Origin: Trichormus sp. ATA11-4-KO1
GTDB lineage: Bacteria; Cyanobacteriota; Cyanobacteriia; Cyanobacteriales; Nostocaceae
Length of the DNA: 58,601 bases
Assembly: GCA_019358915.1 (NCBI GenBank)
Contig: JAHHIM010000028.1
Location: 1-58,601 of the forward strand
Direction: 5' to 3'
Position numbers and translations under genes: made by a program. Every line of letters starts with the position of its first letter. Within the stretch, counting starts at the first letter, position 1. Shown piece after piece: positions 19,880 to 28,702 of this stretch. The notes beneath the pieces were generated by a model. The model was given only the letters and a program-made list of their open reading frames with translations. It was not told the DNA's origin and made no database searches.

Positions 19880-21363
19880 GTCGGGTAAGGAGGGATACGT
19901 CGCCGTTCCCTCCTCCCCTCAGAACCGGACTTGACAATTTCTCATCATCCGGCTCAAGCTCTCTACGTTTCAGTCTGTTTTCCACTGTGTACATGGTAGT
20001 GGCAGGTTTTGTGAAGATGGAGCAAGTTTGTTTGCTCGTCTGTTCCTCCGTCTGACACTTTTGTTAAGTGGTGAACGTGCAGTTCTTCTCCGTTGAACAG
20101 GTGTTCCCCACATACTGGGCATTCCCAGTTCTGGTTTTCTGCTACTTGGTATAGCTTTGAACCTTTAGCCCAATATATCCTGCCGTACTGGGTTTTTCTG
20201 TTTTCCCAGTATTCCTTTAGTGTGGGATCATCTGGGGAAGCGTTGCCCTTAACCTTTATGTGTCGAGTGATAGGGATGTCGCTTAACTGTTTGATGGCTA
20301 GCGATTTTCTTTTCTCTCGGCGGTCTTGGAAGGTTGCGGTGAATATCATACTTTTATTGCCGAAGGGCTTGAAGTATTTGGCAGTTATCCACTTTAACCC
20401 TTTGTTCGGGTGTCTTTTTATTGACCATCTCCAGAGCGCCCTCCAAAGTTGATAGTCAAATTTTGAGAACATCTCTTTGCTTGCCCCATACCTGTAGTAG
20501 TTTCCCCATCCTTTAATGATTGAGTTGAGTTTTGTTAACACTTCTTCGGGGCTGGCGTGTTTGTTTGTTTTTAGCCATTCCCGTATTTCTCTCAGTTTAT
20601 TTAGGAATTTTTCCTTCTGAGGGAAAGTGAAGCATTTTCCTTTAAGCCGCCTGATGGTAAATCCTAGAAAGTTCACGCCTTCTTCGACACGAACAATTCG
20701 AGTCTTTTCCTCATTTAGCTCTAAGCCTCTTTCCTGCAACCATTGTTTGAGAATTGGGAAAATTGCTTCAATGTCCTCTTTTGTTTCGGCGGTCACAAGG
20801 AAGTCATCAGCGTACCTGATGAATCCATATCGCGGGCTAGGTTTGCTCCGATATGTCTTCTGGTGCTTTGCCTTTGGAGATGAGTGATATACCTTTGTTT
20901 TGGTATATCTTGACAGGAGTTCATCTATTCCGTCCAGCGCAATGTTAGCAAGTAACGGTGAGACAATGCCGCCCTGTGGTGTTCCGCTTTCAGTTTCGTG
21001 GAACATTTCGGCTTCTACATATCCTGCTTTCAGCCACTGCTTAATTAACTCTCGTCCTGGTATTTGACCGATGGTTTTGAGTATGAAGTCGTGGCTAATA
21101 TTATCAAATGCCCCTCGGACATCTGCATCCAAGATCCAGGTGTCCCCACAATTCTGATTTAGTCGTGTGTGACATTGTGAAATGGCATCGTGGCAGCTTC
21201 TGCCGGGTCGGAACCCATAAGAGTTTGCCTCGAAACGGCATTCCCAGCTAGGTTCAAGGGCGTTTTTGACAATTGCTTGTGCGATTCTGTCTTTAATTAC
21301 TGGAATTCCTAATGGTCTTCTTTTTCCGTTTGATTTGGGAATATAGACCCGTCTGGTTGGTTT

Positions 21364-21534
21364 GGGAGCAACGCGATTTTGTGAGGTGCGAAAAATTTGT
21401 AACATAAGTTACGTGGATGGTGAGCGTTCGCTACCTAGAAAAGGTAAAAATAGGGAACTTCGACCTCGGTTTATTAGGAATAAGCCCTGGTAATTGAGAT
21501 ATCAAATCCGATCTCACATTTTCGCGTTGCTCCC
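21364..21534. mobile_element. 171-bp MITE with TIRs and 8-bp TSD
   Basis: TIR gggagcaacgcga (13 bp perfect, 19 of 22 when extended); TSD GTTGGTTT at 21356-21363 and 21535-21542. Confidence 0.92.
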
Positions 21535-21704
21535 GTTGGTTTTGCCTTCCAAAGTTGATAGGTTTCCATATCTCTGAGCAGTCTCACGCGAGCTTTGGGA
21601 GTTAAGGCGGTTTGCTTATCTATTCCCGCCGTTTTCCTCCCTTGATTCTCTTGTGTGACTCTTCGCACTGATAGCAGCAGGTTCGAGTAACTGCGTAACA
21701 TCAA

Positions 21705-21893
21705 CAAGAAAGGCAGAGGGCAGAGGGCAGGAGGCAGAAGGAATACTGTCCTCCGTCTTCTGCCGCGACCACTCGTGAGCAAGGGTTTGAGTCCCCCACT
21801 GAAATCTGTGATTCAGTGGACCCAAAACAGGAGGGGTCAGAATCCCTTTCTGTTTTGTTCCTTCTGCCCTCTGCCTCCTGCCTCCTGCCTTTT
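21705..21893. mobile_element. 189-bp STRR-armed MITE-like element flanked by TCAA
   Basis: Inverted aggcaga/ggcagg versus ctgcct arms, palindromic core ccactgaa..ttcagtgg, TCAA at 21701-21704 and 21894-21897; removal restores LMKLMLR. Confidence 0.88.
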
Positions 21894-22645
21894 TCAATTT
21901 CATCAGGCTTCTCACCCGATTCCATTGCTGTGACTGAGTTGCACGATAGATTCTTTGTCTCAGGTTTCTAATCCGTTTCTTGACGGTTTTCCAGTTAATG
22001 GTTGACCAATCTTGAAAGGGTTCCTTCGTTCCGATGTCTTTTTTGACTCTATCTTTCACGTCGGTTCGATTCCTTTACGCCGATTATCGTTGAGAACCTA
22101 CCAGAAGTCTGCCATCTTTCGATGTAGGGTAAAGTTTGAACCCCTATCCCCAGCGTTACCCAGGGCATTCGCTTTCTCTGGTATCCTTTACCCTCTGAAT
22201 ATTTAGGCTTTCCTTGCGGTCGGCTTACTCTGGTTATCGACCTTTGCCAGAGAATTCATAGGGCTTACCGTGTTTCACGTGTCTGATGATTAACTGTTTC
22301 GGGTTCCAACTTTATTCCGGTAGGAGCTTTGCCCCTTCGCTGTTGACCGTATCACTTCAACAGCCGTCCTACGTACCTTTTGGTCAAGGTGTGTCAGCCT
22401 TATTTCACCTTTTTAACTTAACGGAACTTATGTTGATTCACTTTCGTTAACCCTTAACAGCTCTCCTCTTGCCTTCCTACCAATTTAGGCTATTCGTATT
22501 CAGGCTTTCGTTCCTTGCATTCCATCAATTTCATTACTTACTTTTGATGTAGGTGGGGTCAAAGACCCTTTTACGTGAGGACAGGGCGAAGGGTTGCCCA
22601 GGGAGGTTTCCCTCCAATCAGAACACGCGCCTTTGCACGTCGCAC

Positions 22646-22960
22646 TATCCTGTAATTATAGACAAACATTCGTCGGGGAAAATCGGTTTCTTCTTGGCTT
22701 TGTACTTCTACATGAATCAATAGCCATGATTCTTCGCCACCGATGCGGTAAACTTTGACCAACTTGTCAGCGAGTCGCCGTCCCAATTCGGCATCCCGCA
22801 CCACCTGAGCCAGTTCTTTGTCAAGAAATTCAAACCCTCGGCTCCAGTCAATTTCTCTGTGCGCCTGCGGGAAAAAGAAATGCATGAAGTCCTGAAAATA
22901 CAACTGTAGTATCTGCTTCCAGGGCGAATCGTATTCTGTTTGGGGAGTGTTACTGGTCAT
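22646..22960 (-). CDS. 5' exon of the Rpn-like putative transposase gene
   Basis: YDSPWK, FLDKEL, ADKLVKV, LIHVEVQ, RMFVYNYRI. Confidence 0.85.
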
Positions 22961-22988
22961 GTTGGATAAAAACAATAATACATTAATA

Positions 22989-23933
22989 CTACATTACGGA
23001 TTGAGCTTCAATTTCCGACTCCAAAACCCTCAACACTTTCTCCTCCAACGCCGTCAAATAAGCCCGATTGAGCTTCCCCAGCGTCTCCAAAAACCTCTGC
23101 ACCGATTCTTCTAGCGCAGGGGAATAAACTCGGTTAATGCGATTACAAATCACCTGCATCTGCTCACAGTCCGCAGGTAGATAGTCGTAAGATTTCAGAT
23201 ACTTCAACCCAACCGTAATTTCTCCGTTCCAAATTCTCACAGTGCAACTGAAGTCATGGATTGCGGTGACAATAGCCCAACACCCACCTTTGCCTCTGAG
23301 ATCGGGATTGTCCTTGGCTAGAATTTGGCAGACTTCACCAATCTGGTAACTGTTGGGTACTTTGGTTCTTTCCATGATGCGCTGCACTACATCTTTCACT
23401 ACCCTACCACTTGGCACTTTACCACCAGCTTCTTCTACAGCCTGTTGCCATACCTCTTGCTGTTGTTGGGGTTCAAGCTTCGTGAGGGGGCGGACTTGAC
23501 GCTCATTCGTGGGCAGAATTTGTGATCGGTTGGTTGTCAAATCCTCTCTCACTACATTTTGACAACCAATGGTTGTCAAATTTTCATAAACTTCAGCTGC
23601 GGCAATCAAGTAATTCGATTGTTGCCGACTATGCCCAAATCTATCACGACAATAATCTTCAAAAGTGCGGTGAGTGGAACGATATAACCTGCGGTCGCGC
23701 AATTCCATCAAAGCTTTCCCAGCTTCATAAAATGCCCGTTCCACCTTACGCTCTAAATGCAGGCGATCGCGTTCTTCTTCCTCTGTTAACTCTGGTACTT
23801 CAACAGCAGTAACATCGATAGTTACTGAAGCTGGATCTTCTTGAAGGGAGATATCGTCATTTGTGGAGTTAGCTGCTGAAGTTGAATTGGTAGATGCGGC
23901 TTTGTTGCTCTTAGAAGACGGCTTTTTCGTCAT
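22989..23933 (-). CDS. Conserved cyanobacterial plasmid-type hypothetical protein
   Basis: LERKVERAFYEAGKALMELRDRRLYR..TFEDYCRDRFG, LPTNERQVRPL. Confidence 0.8.
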   Translation of the reverse strand: MTKKPSSKSNKAASTNSTSAANSTNDDISLQEDPASVTIDVTAVEVPELTEEEERDRLHLERKVERAFYEAGKALMELRDRRLYRSTHRTFEDYCRDRFGHSRQQSNYLIAAAEVYENLTTIGCQNVVREDLTTNRSQILPTNERQVRPLTKLEPQQQQEVWQQAVEEAGGKVPSGRVVKDVVQRIMERTKVPNSYQIGEVCQILAKDNPDLRGKGGCWAIVTAIHDFSCTVRIWNGEITVGLKYLKSYDYLPADCEQMQVICNRINRVYSPALEESVQRFLETLGKLNRAYLTALEEKVLRVLESEIEAQSVM

Positions 23934-24076
23934 TCCATCTTTTCTAATTCAATGATATTCGTTCAAAGTCAACTGCGACGTAAATTTTGGGCATACTTGA
24001 AAACTGTAGTTGCTTTTGTAATCAGACTGAGGAGAGAGCAAGAAGATAATCTCAAAGTTAATCATTCCTGCTCTCA

Positions 24077-24316
24077 TCACGGCTGCACCCCAAAATTAAT
24101 GCCTAAAACTTGCTCAATTCGTCTTAACGTAGCAAGTGGCAGTACTTTTATCCGTTCTTGCTCAATCGCGTACCAATTGGCAACAGAAATGTCAGCCTCA
24201 GCAGCCAGTTGAGTAATAGTACGACCTGACTCATGTCTTGCATCTCGGATGCGTTGCCCCAACTCAGGAACATCTATTTCCCAGCCTACCTTCATTAATA
24301 GTTGATTTTGTGACAT
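24077..24316 (-). CDS. XRE HTH regulator, paralog of 14236-14469
   Basis: LGQRIRDAR...QLAAEADIS...TLRRIEQVLG; AAGGAG RBS. Confidence 0.88.
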   Translation of the reverse strand: MSQNQLLMKVGWEIDVPELGQRIRDARHESGRTITQLAAEADISVANWYAIEQERIKVLPLATLRRIEQVLGINFGVQP

Positions 24317-24360
24317 ATAACGACTCCTTTATACAACGCATTAGACCAATATTATTCTCG

Positions 24361-24405
24361 TATCATTACACATCTATTGACATTACTGTAATGATATTAT
24401 AGAAT
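24361..24405 (+). promoter_or_regulatory. Consensus promoter with overlapping inverted-repeat operator
   Basis: TTGACA (24377-24382)-N17-TAGAAT (24400-24405); IR tatcattaca (24361-24370) / tgtaatgata (24387-24396). Confidence 0.75.
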
Positions 24406-24477
24406 TAATATTATAAAGAAAGCGCTACCGACTGCGAATCTGAAGCGCTTTCCGTCCCGTTAGGAACTTAATCAATT

Positions 24478-25284
24478 ATGACTCACCCCATATACTCCCA
24501 TCAACAGCTGCAACTGAAATCCATAGCCCGGCTCAAGCAAATCTACTCAGAAATCGGTTGCAAAGTTGAAGTACAAGACAAACGCTGCAAGGATGCCTGG
24601 ATTAACGCGATTGCCCAGCACCAAGCCAGCAAGCTTCAGAAAGTTGACGAACTAACCCCAGCCCAAGTAATCGCACCCGAAGAATTAAGAACAGTCGAAA
24701 TATCCTTCTACGATCACGAGATTTACTGCGGCACACAACTGATTGCTACCATCAGCTACGATGATGACCTAACGCAACCTTGGGTAGTCTTATTGGAGAA
24801 TGCTGAAAAATTCCGTGCTAACACTTGGGCAAAATGCTATCGCTACATCAGTTGGCATCACCAAGATGGCACACTTAACGCCCCCTTACCTTTTGGAGAA
24901 GCTGAATTAGTCACACAACATCAGCAACTCGCACTTCCACCCCAAAAGCCAGAATTACCCATTGCCACGGGTAATGAAATCATGGCGCAGATTTCCAATG
25001 AATGCGAGAAATTCGGCTTTGACATCATGAACGATGGCATTTACCGCGATAACGAGAAGCTGGGCTTCGTTGGATGCACTGATAGTCAATGGTGGTTCAT
25101 GCGCGCAGCAGACGAAACCCAACAGCACATATTCTGTGATTCTGCACTTGAAGCCGTTTGGTGGCTGTCAATGGTTGACACTTCGCTGGCTGCTGAGACG
25201 AAATCCTTTTTAGACAAACCGATTGAGCAGTTGACTAGTGGCGAATTGCAACGACTACTGGAGTCTGAAGCAGTAGCGGCGTAA
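24478..25284 (+). CDS. Hypothetical protein, first gene of the rightward operon
   Basis: Long ORF behind the promoter; C-terminal half resembles 13252-13722. Confidence 0.8.
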   Translation: MTHPIYSHQQLQLKSIARLKQIYSEIGCKVEVQDKRCKDAWINAIAQHQASKLQKVDELTPAQVIAPEELRTVEISFYDHEIYCGTQLIATISYDDDLTQPWVVLLENAEKFRANTWAKCYRYISWHHQDGTLNAPLPFGEAELVTQHQQLALPPQKPELPIATGNEIMAQISNECEKFGFDIMNDGIYRDNEKLGFVGCTDSQWWFMRAADETQQHIFCDSALEAVWWLSMVDTSLAAETKSFLDKPIEQLTSGELQRLLESEAVAA

Positions 25285-25314
25285 ACAGAAAACAGGAGCC
25301 AGAATAATTCCTTC

Positions 25315-25785
25315 TGACCTTTTTTGAATTCAAAATTCAAAATTCAAAATGCAAAATGAAGAAGAAATAAAATTTTGTAATTGATTAATTCGCTCGTTCA
25401 AGCCCCTGCCATAATCTTTGATTTGGCAGTCTTAAATTAGTGGCGAGTCCCCTACGGGAATTCAAAATGCAAAATGCAAAATGCAAAATGAAGAAGAATT
25501 GAAGAAGTCAGGAGCCAGGAGTCAGGAGTCAGAATCAATGAGTTGGGGATTCTGACCCGCCACTCATTGTAGACCACCATATTTTTAATTTGGTGGGGGT
25601 CTTATACCCAATTATTCATCCGCCAGTCACACAGAATTCAATTCTGAATTCTGAATCCTGACTCCTGAATTCTGTTTGATAATTTTGAATTTTGAATTGA
25701 TAATTTTGAATTGTTTTGCTCCCATTAATCTCTTTAATTTTGAATTAATAATTTTGAATTTTGAATTGGAGCGAAGCGACTTGAC
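25315..25785. repeat. Composite STRR element with a nested TTGA-flanked element (about 25503-25675)
   Basis: Collinear with 7139-7448 except for the extra ttga|agaagtcaggag...tcctgaattctgt|ttga block. Confidence 0.85.
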
Positions 25786-25817
25786 TCCTGAGTGCTGACT
25801 CCTTATTAATTACAACT

Positions 25818-26183
25818 ATGCAACCCACAATATCAATTCCTCCAAACTGGAAATATCCTCGATTCACTGTTGGGCAACGCACGGAACAAGGCATCATCAT
25901 CGGTATCAAATATTATCCCCCTGACAGCCTCTTAGCCCATGAATATGGTGAAGGCTGGCGTTATATTGTCATGCCTGATAGATATTTTGAAGACGAAGAA
26001 AACTATCCCGAAGATAAACTTCAACCGCTCACGCCCCAGGAATTAAAAACACAGATTCAGACAGAAATTGAACAACTCTCACACCAAATTCAACTGCTCA
26101 CATCCGAGCTAGAAAACATTGCTAGAAAACATTTCTGTGATGTAAAGAATTCGCACTTAATCAGGAAATTCAAACATGAGTAA
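25818..26183 (+). CDS. Hypothetical protein, paralog of 12561-12953
   Basis: Shared N-terminal YPRFT.GQRT.QG motif. Confidence 0.8.
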   Translation: MQPTISIPPNWKYPRFTVGQRTEQGIIIGIKYYPPDSLLAHEYGEGWRYIVMPDRYFEDEENYPEDKLQPLTPQELKTQIQTEIEQLSHQIQLLTSELENIARKHFCDVKNSHLIRKFKHE

Positions 26184-26565
26184 ACCTTGGACATATGAAG
26201 AGTTAGAAACTCTCGAAGAAATGTCAGAACTTTACACGCTAAAACAAATCGCATATCGTCTCAAAAGACGGGGGTATCATCGCACAACAAATGCTATATC
26301 TAAAAAGCTGACTGCCTTGGGTTATTCCACGCGTCCTTTACTTGATAACTATACTTGCAGCGAAATCGCCAAAACTCTGTGTTTGCATTCAACTACTGTT
26401 TCTGGCTGGGTTAAGCGTGGTTGGCTCAAAGCGATGCGACGTTCCACCAAACACTATCAAATCAAAAGTGAAGATTTGAAACGGTTTCTCGAAAATCCTC
26501 CACAAAGAATTAGAAACCGCATTGCAGCCATAGACCAACAAGCTATCAGGTATTTGGTGGGGTAA
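26176..26565 (+). CDS. DNA-binding protein with excisionase-like HTH
   Basis: WTYEE N-terminus; YTCSEIAKTLCLHSTTVSGWVKRGWLKA. Confidence 0.75.
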   Translation: MSKPWTYEELETLEEMSELYTLKQIAYRLKRRGYHRTTNAISKKLTALGYSTRPLLDNYTCSEIAKTLCLHSTTVSGWVKRGWLKAMRRSTKHYQIKSEDLKRFLENPPQRIRNRIAAIDQQAIRYLVG

Positions 26566-26570
26566 AAGTT

Positions 26571-26987
26571 ATGAACTGTGCAATTACTACCCTAGAACGA
26601 TGCTGGTATCTCTCCTCTCCTTGGGGTCAACACATTCCGATTCTTGAAGTCAATTTGCTAGAGCGAGTTTACCTCAAAAGTACAAAAGCATTCGGTTACT
26701 GCTGTGGTATTCACTGGCAATATGACCGATGGATCTATGCGGTTGCCTGTGATAACGAAATTTTTCAAGCCACCAAACATCAGATTATCGGCACTGGTCG
26801 CTTACAGGCTACCACTGTGAAAAAACCGAATTTTGTGCTGGGTGAACGCATGATGTTTCGCTCTCAAGATCATGCGACAAACCAGCGACTCATTTGGGGG
26901 ATTCGGCTACTCAATGGGACTTGGTTTTATGTTGTGGAATTGAGTTCCCCAACTTTCACCCAAACACCAGACAAGGTGAATCGATAG
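26571..26987 (+). CDS. DUF1392-like protein
   Basis: LERCWYLSSPWG, LLERVYL, FGYCCG; paralog of 32671-33165. Confidence 0.7.
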   Translation: MNCAITTLERCWYLSSPWGQHIPILEVNLLERVYLKSTKAFGYCCGIHWQYDRWIYAVACDNEIFQATKHQIIGTGRLQATTVKKPNFVLGERMMFRSQDHATNQRLIWGIRLLNGTWFYVVELSSPTFTQTPDKVNR

Positions 26988-27140
26988 TTTTTACAAGGAA
27001 ATGTCCTAAGTCGCAAATTATCGGCTTTTACAAGACCTCTGAACTAGCGATTAGCCAACAACAAGCAGAGGGTATTGTTGGGGCGATCGCCTCCGGGGAA
27101 GTTAGTACAAATTACCAAAACTAGGGTGTAGGAGGCGTTT

Positions 27141-28700
27141 ATGAGACTAACAGATATTTTGGTAGACATTGGTAATGCTGTTGCTTATTATCCAAAACTA
27201 GTTGATGTCACTGGTGGAGTTTTACCTAATTTGTTCTTATGCCAAATGTATTACTGGCTAGGTAAACAAAAAAATCCTGAAGGCTGGATTTATAAATCTC
27301 AAGCTGAAATTGAGCGAGAAACTGGACTTACAAGAAAAGAACAAGAAACAGCCCGTAAATCTCTTAAAGCCAGGGGATTACTCAAAGAAAAATTCATTGG
27401 ATGTCCCAGGCGCGTAGAGTTTTGGTTGGATAAAGACGCTTTGAATCAGCGTTGGTCAGCTTTTATGAACAATATTGAGCTACCAATTGAAGAAATTACC
27501 AAAGCTTGGACTCGTAAATCCAAAAAAAATGATAGTGAGTCTCGTCAAACTCCCGGCATAATGCCCCAAAAGGACAATATAGACAGCCCCAATAGTGCAA
27601 TATGCAATGCCTTCACAGAGCAATATATATTGCCCGAAAAGGACATTACACAATGCCCCGTTTGGACATACAGTAATGCCCCATCTGGACATACAGTAAT
27701 GCCCCATGTGGGCAATACATCTATATATACAAAGAATACTTCAGAGATTACTACACAGAATGCGCCCCCTAAACCCGGCGCACCCCCCACCCATGAGAGT
27801 GTGTGTGAAGAAAAAACTGGCTTGAAGAAACAACCGAACCAAGAACAAGAACCAATTCCCCAATTTTTCGCTTCTCTTCGAGACGCTACACGAACGTTGT
27901 CAATCAAACCCGAATCTTCTTCTCAACCCGATAACCCCTCGTCCGGGTCTAATCTTCCGGCGGGGTCGTTCGATAAAGGCGAACAAACGAACTATGACAC
28001 AGCCCCAACAACCCATCTGGTACAAGGCATTAGTGATGATTCCAAGCCTCTACACCCCACCCCCAACCCCCAACACCCTATTCTTGACCCATACAAATCT
28101 GCCCAAAACGTGGAAGAACTCATAGAGGCATGGATTACAGACCCCACTGCATTTGCAGATGACTGTGTGCCATTGGTTGTCAAAGACCAAATCAAGTGGC
28201 AGCGCTGGGTGTTGCCCTGGCGCACTCAAGGGCGGAAGTTGAATCACCTGTATCAAAACTTCAACCCAATTGTTGTAGACTTTCTCGCCCAAGAGTTGGC
28301 TACTGGTGGTGCTAGTACAAAAGCCCAAAAAATTACTCATGCGATCGCGGTGATGAATACTTGGGAAAAAACCAAGGGTGGATGGACAAACTTGATGCAA
28401 CGCTATTACCAAGCCAAAAGAGCGAATGCTGCACCACAAAATACTTCTACTCACCTTCCAACTTCAGAAGCTCACAAAAATCTCACACTTTGTGAAGCTT
28501 TATCGCAAGATGAATTGCGCCGTCAACAAGAGCAATCAAAACGCAATTCATCTTGTTCACGACCGCAAACTGTTGATTTAGACCTAAAGTCCAAACTTGA
28601 GCAAGCGGCAAATGCTCAAAAAATTCACAAAGTTTCTCAAAAATCCACTGCCAATCTACGAGAAGTTGAAGCCCTGATTAAACAAGCACTTGGAGCGTAA
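27141..28700 (+). CDS. Phage-type replication initiator (N-terminal wHTH)
   Basis: YYW...GWIYKSQAEIERETGLTRKEQETARKSL; internal iterons; directly upstream of DnaB. Confidence 0.75.
   Translation: MRLTDILVDIGNAVAYYPKLVDVTGGVLPNLFLCQMYYWLGKQKNPEGWIYKSQAEIERETGLTRKEQETARKSLKARGLLKEKFIGCPRRVEFWLDKDALNQRWSAFMNNIELPIEEITKAWTRKSKKNDSESRQTPGIMPQKDNIDSPNSAICNAFTEQYILPEKDITQCPVWTYSNAPSGHTVMPHVGNTSIYTKNTSEITTQNAPPKPGAPPTHESVCEEKTGLKKQPNQEQEPIPQFFASLRDATRTLSIKPESSSQPDNPSSGSNLPAGSFDKGEQTNYDTAPTTHLVQGISDDSKPLHPTPNPQHPILDPYKSAQNVEELIEAWITDPTAFADDCVPLVVKDQIKWQRWVLPWRTQGRKLNHLYQNFNPIVVDFLAQELATGGASTKAQKITHAIAVMNTWEKTKGGWTNLMQRYYQAKRANAAPQNTSTHLPTSEAHKNLTLCEALSQDELRRQQEQSKRNSSCSRPQTVDLDLKSKLEQAANAQKIHKVSQKSTANLREVEALIKQALGA
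27560..27720. repeat. About seven 23-bp iteron-like repeats (putative origin)
   Basis: aatgccccaaaaggaca, attgcccgaaaaggaca, aatgccccgtttggaca, aatgccccatctggaca, aatgccccatgtgggca, plus two degenerate copies. Confidence 0.75.
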
Positions 28701-28702
28701 TC

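Larger units (their letters stand above)
19963..22059 (-). pseudogene. ltrA: Intron-encoded RT/maturase/HNH protein, disrupted by two MITEs
   Basis: RRVYIPK, RPLGIP, GTPQGG, RYADD, C-terminal CPVC..HVHH..H HNH; removing the 193-nt and 179-nt insertions gives an intact 574-aa ORF. Confidence 0.9.
19880..22645 (-). mobile_element. Group II intron (probably IIB / chloroplast-like lineage)
   Basis: 5' end GTGCG; domain V gagccggatgatgagaaattgtcaagtccggttc; domain VI ending ..cccgAC; removal restores YNYRI|FDRYDR. Confidence 0.93.

Noticed and set aside
19963..21405. Retron, DGR or defence-type reverse transcriptase
   Set aside because: The RT has maturase and HNH domains and lies within a complete group II intron with canonical ends
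21474..22059. Separate 102-aa, 147-aa and 74-aa proteins
   Set aside because: They are fragments of the RT gene fused to MITE sequence
22571..22645. C-terminal tail VRRAKARV... of the 134-aa ORF
   Set aside because: It is read-through into the intron 5' end; the real exon ends at 22646
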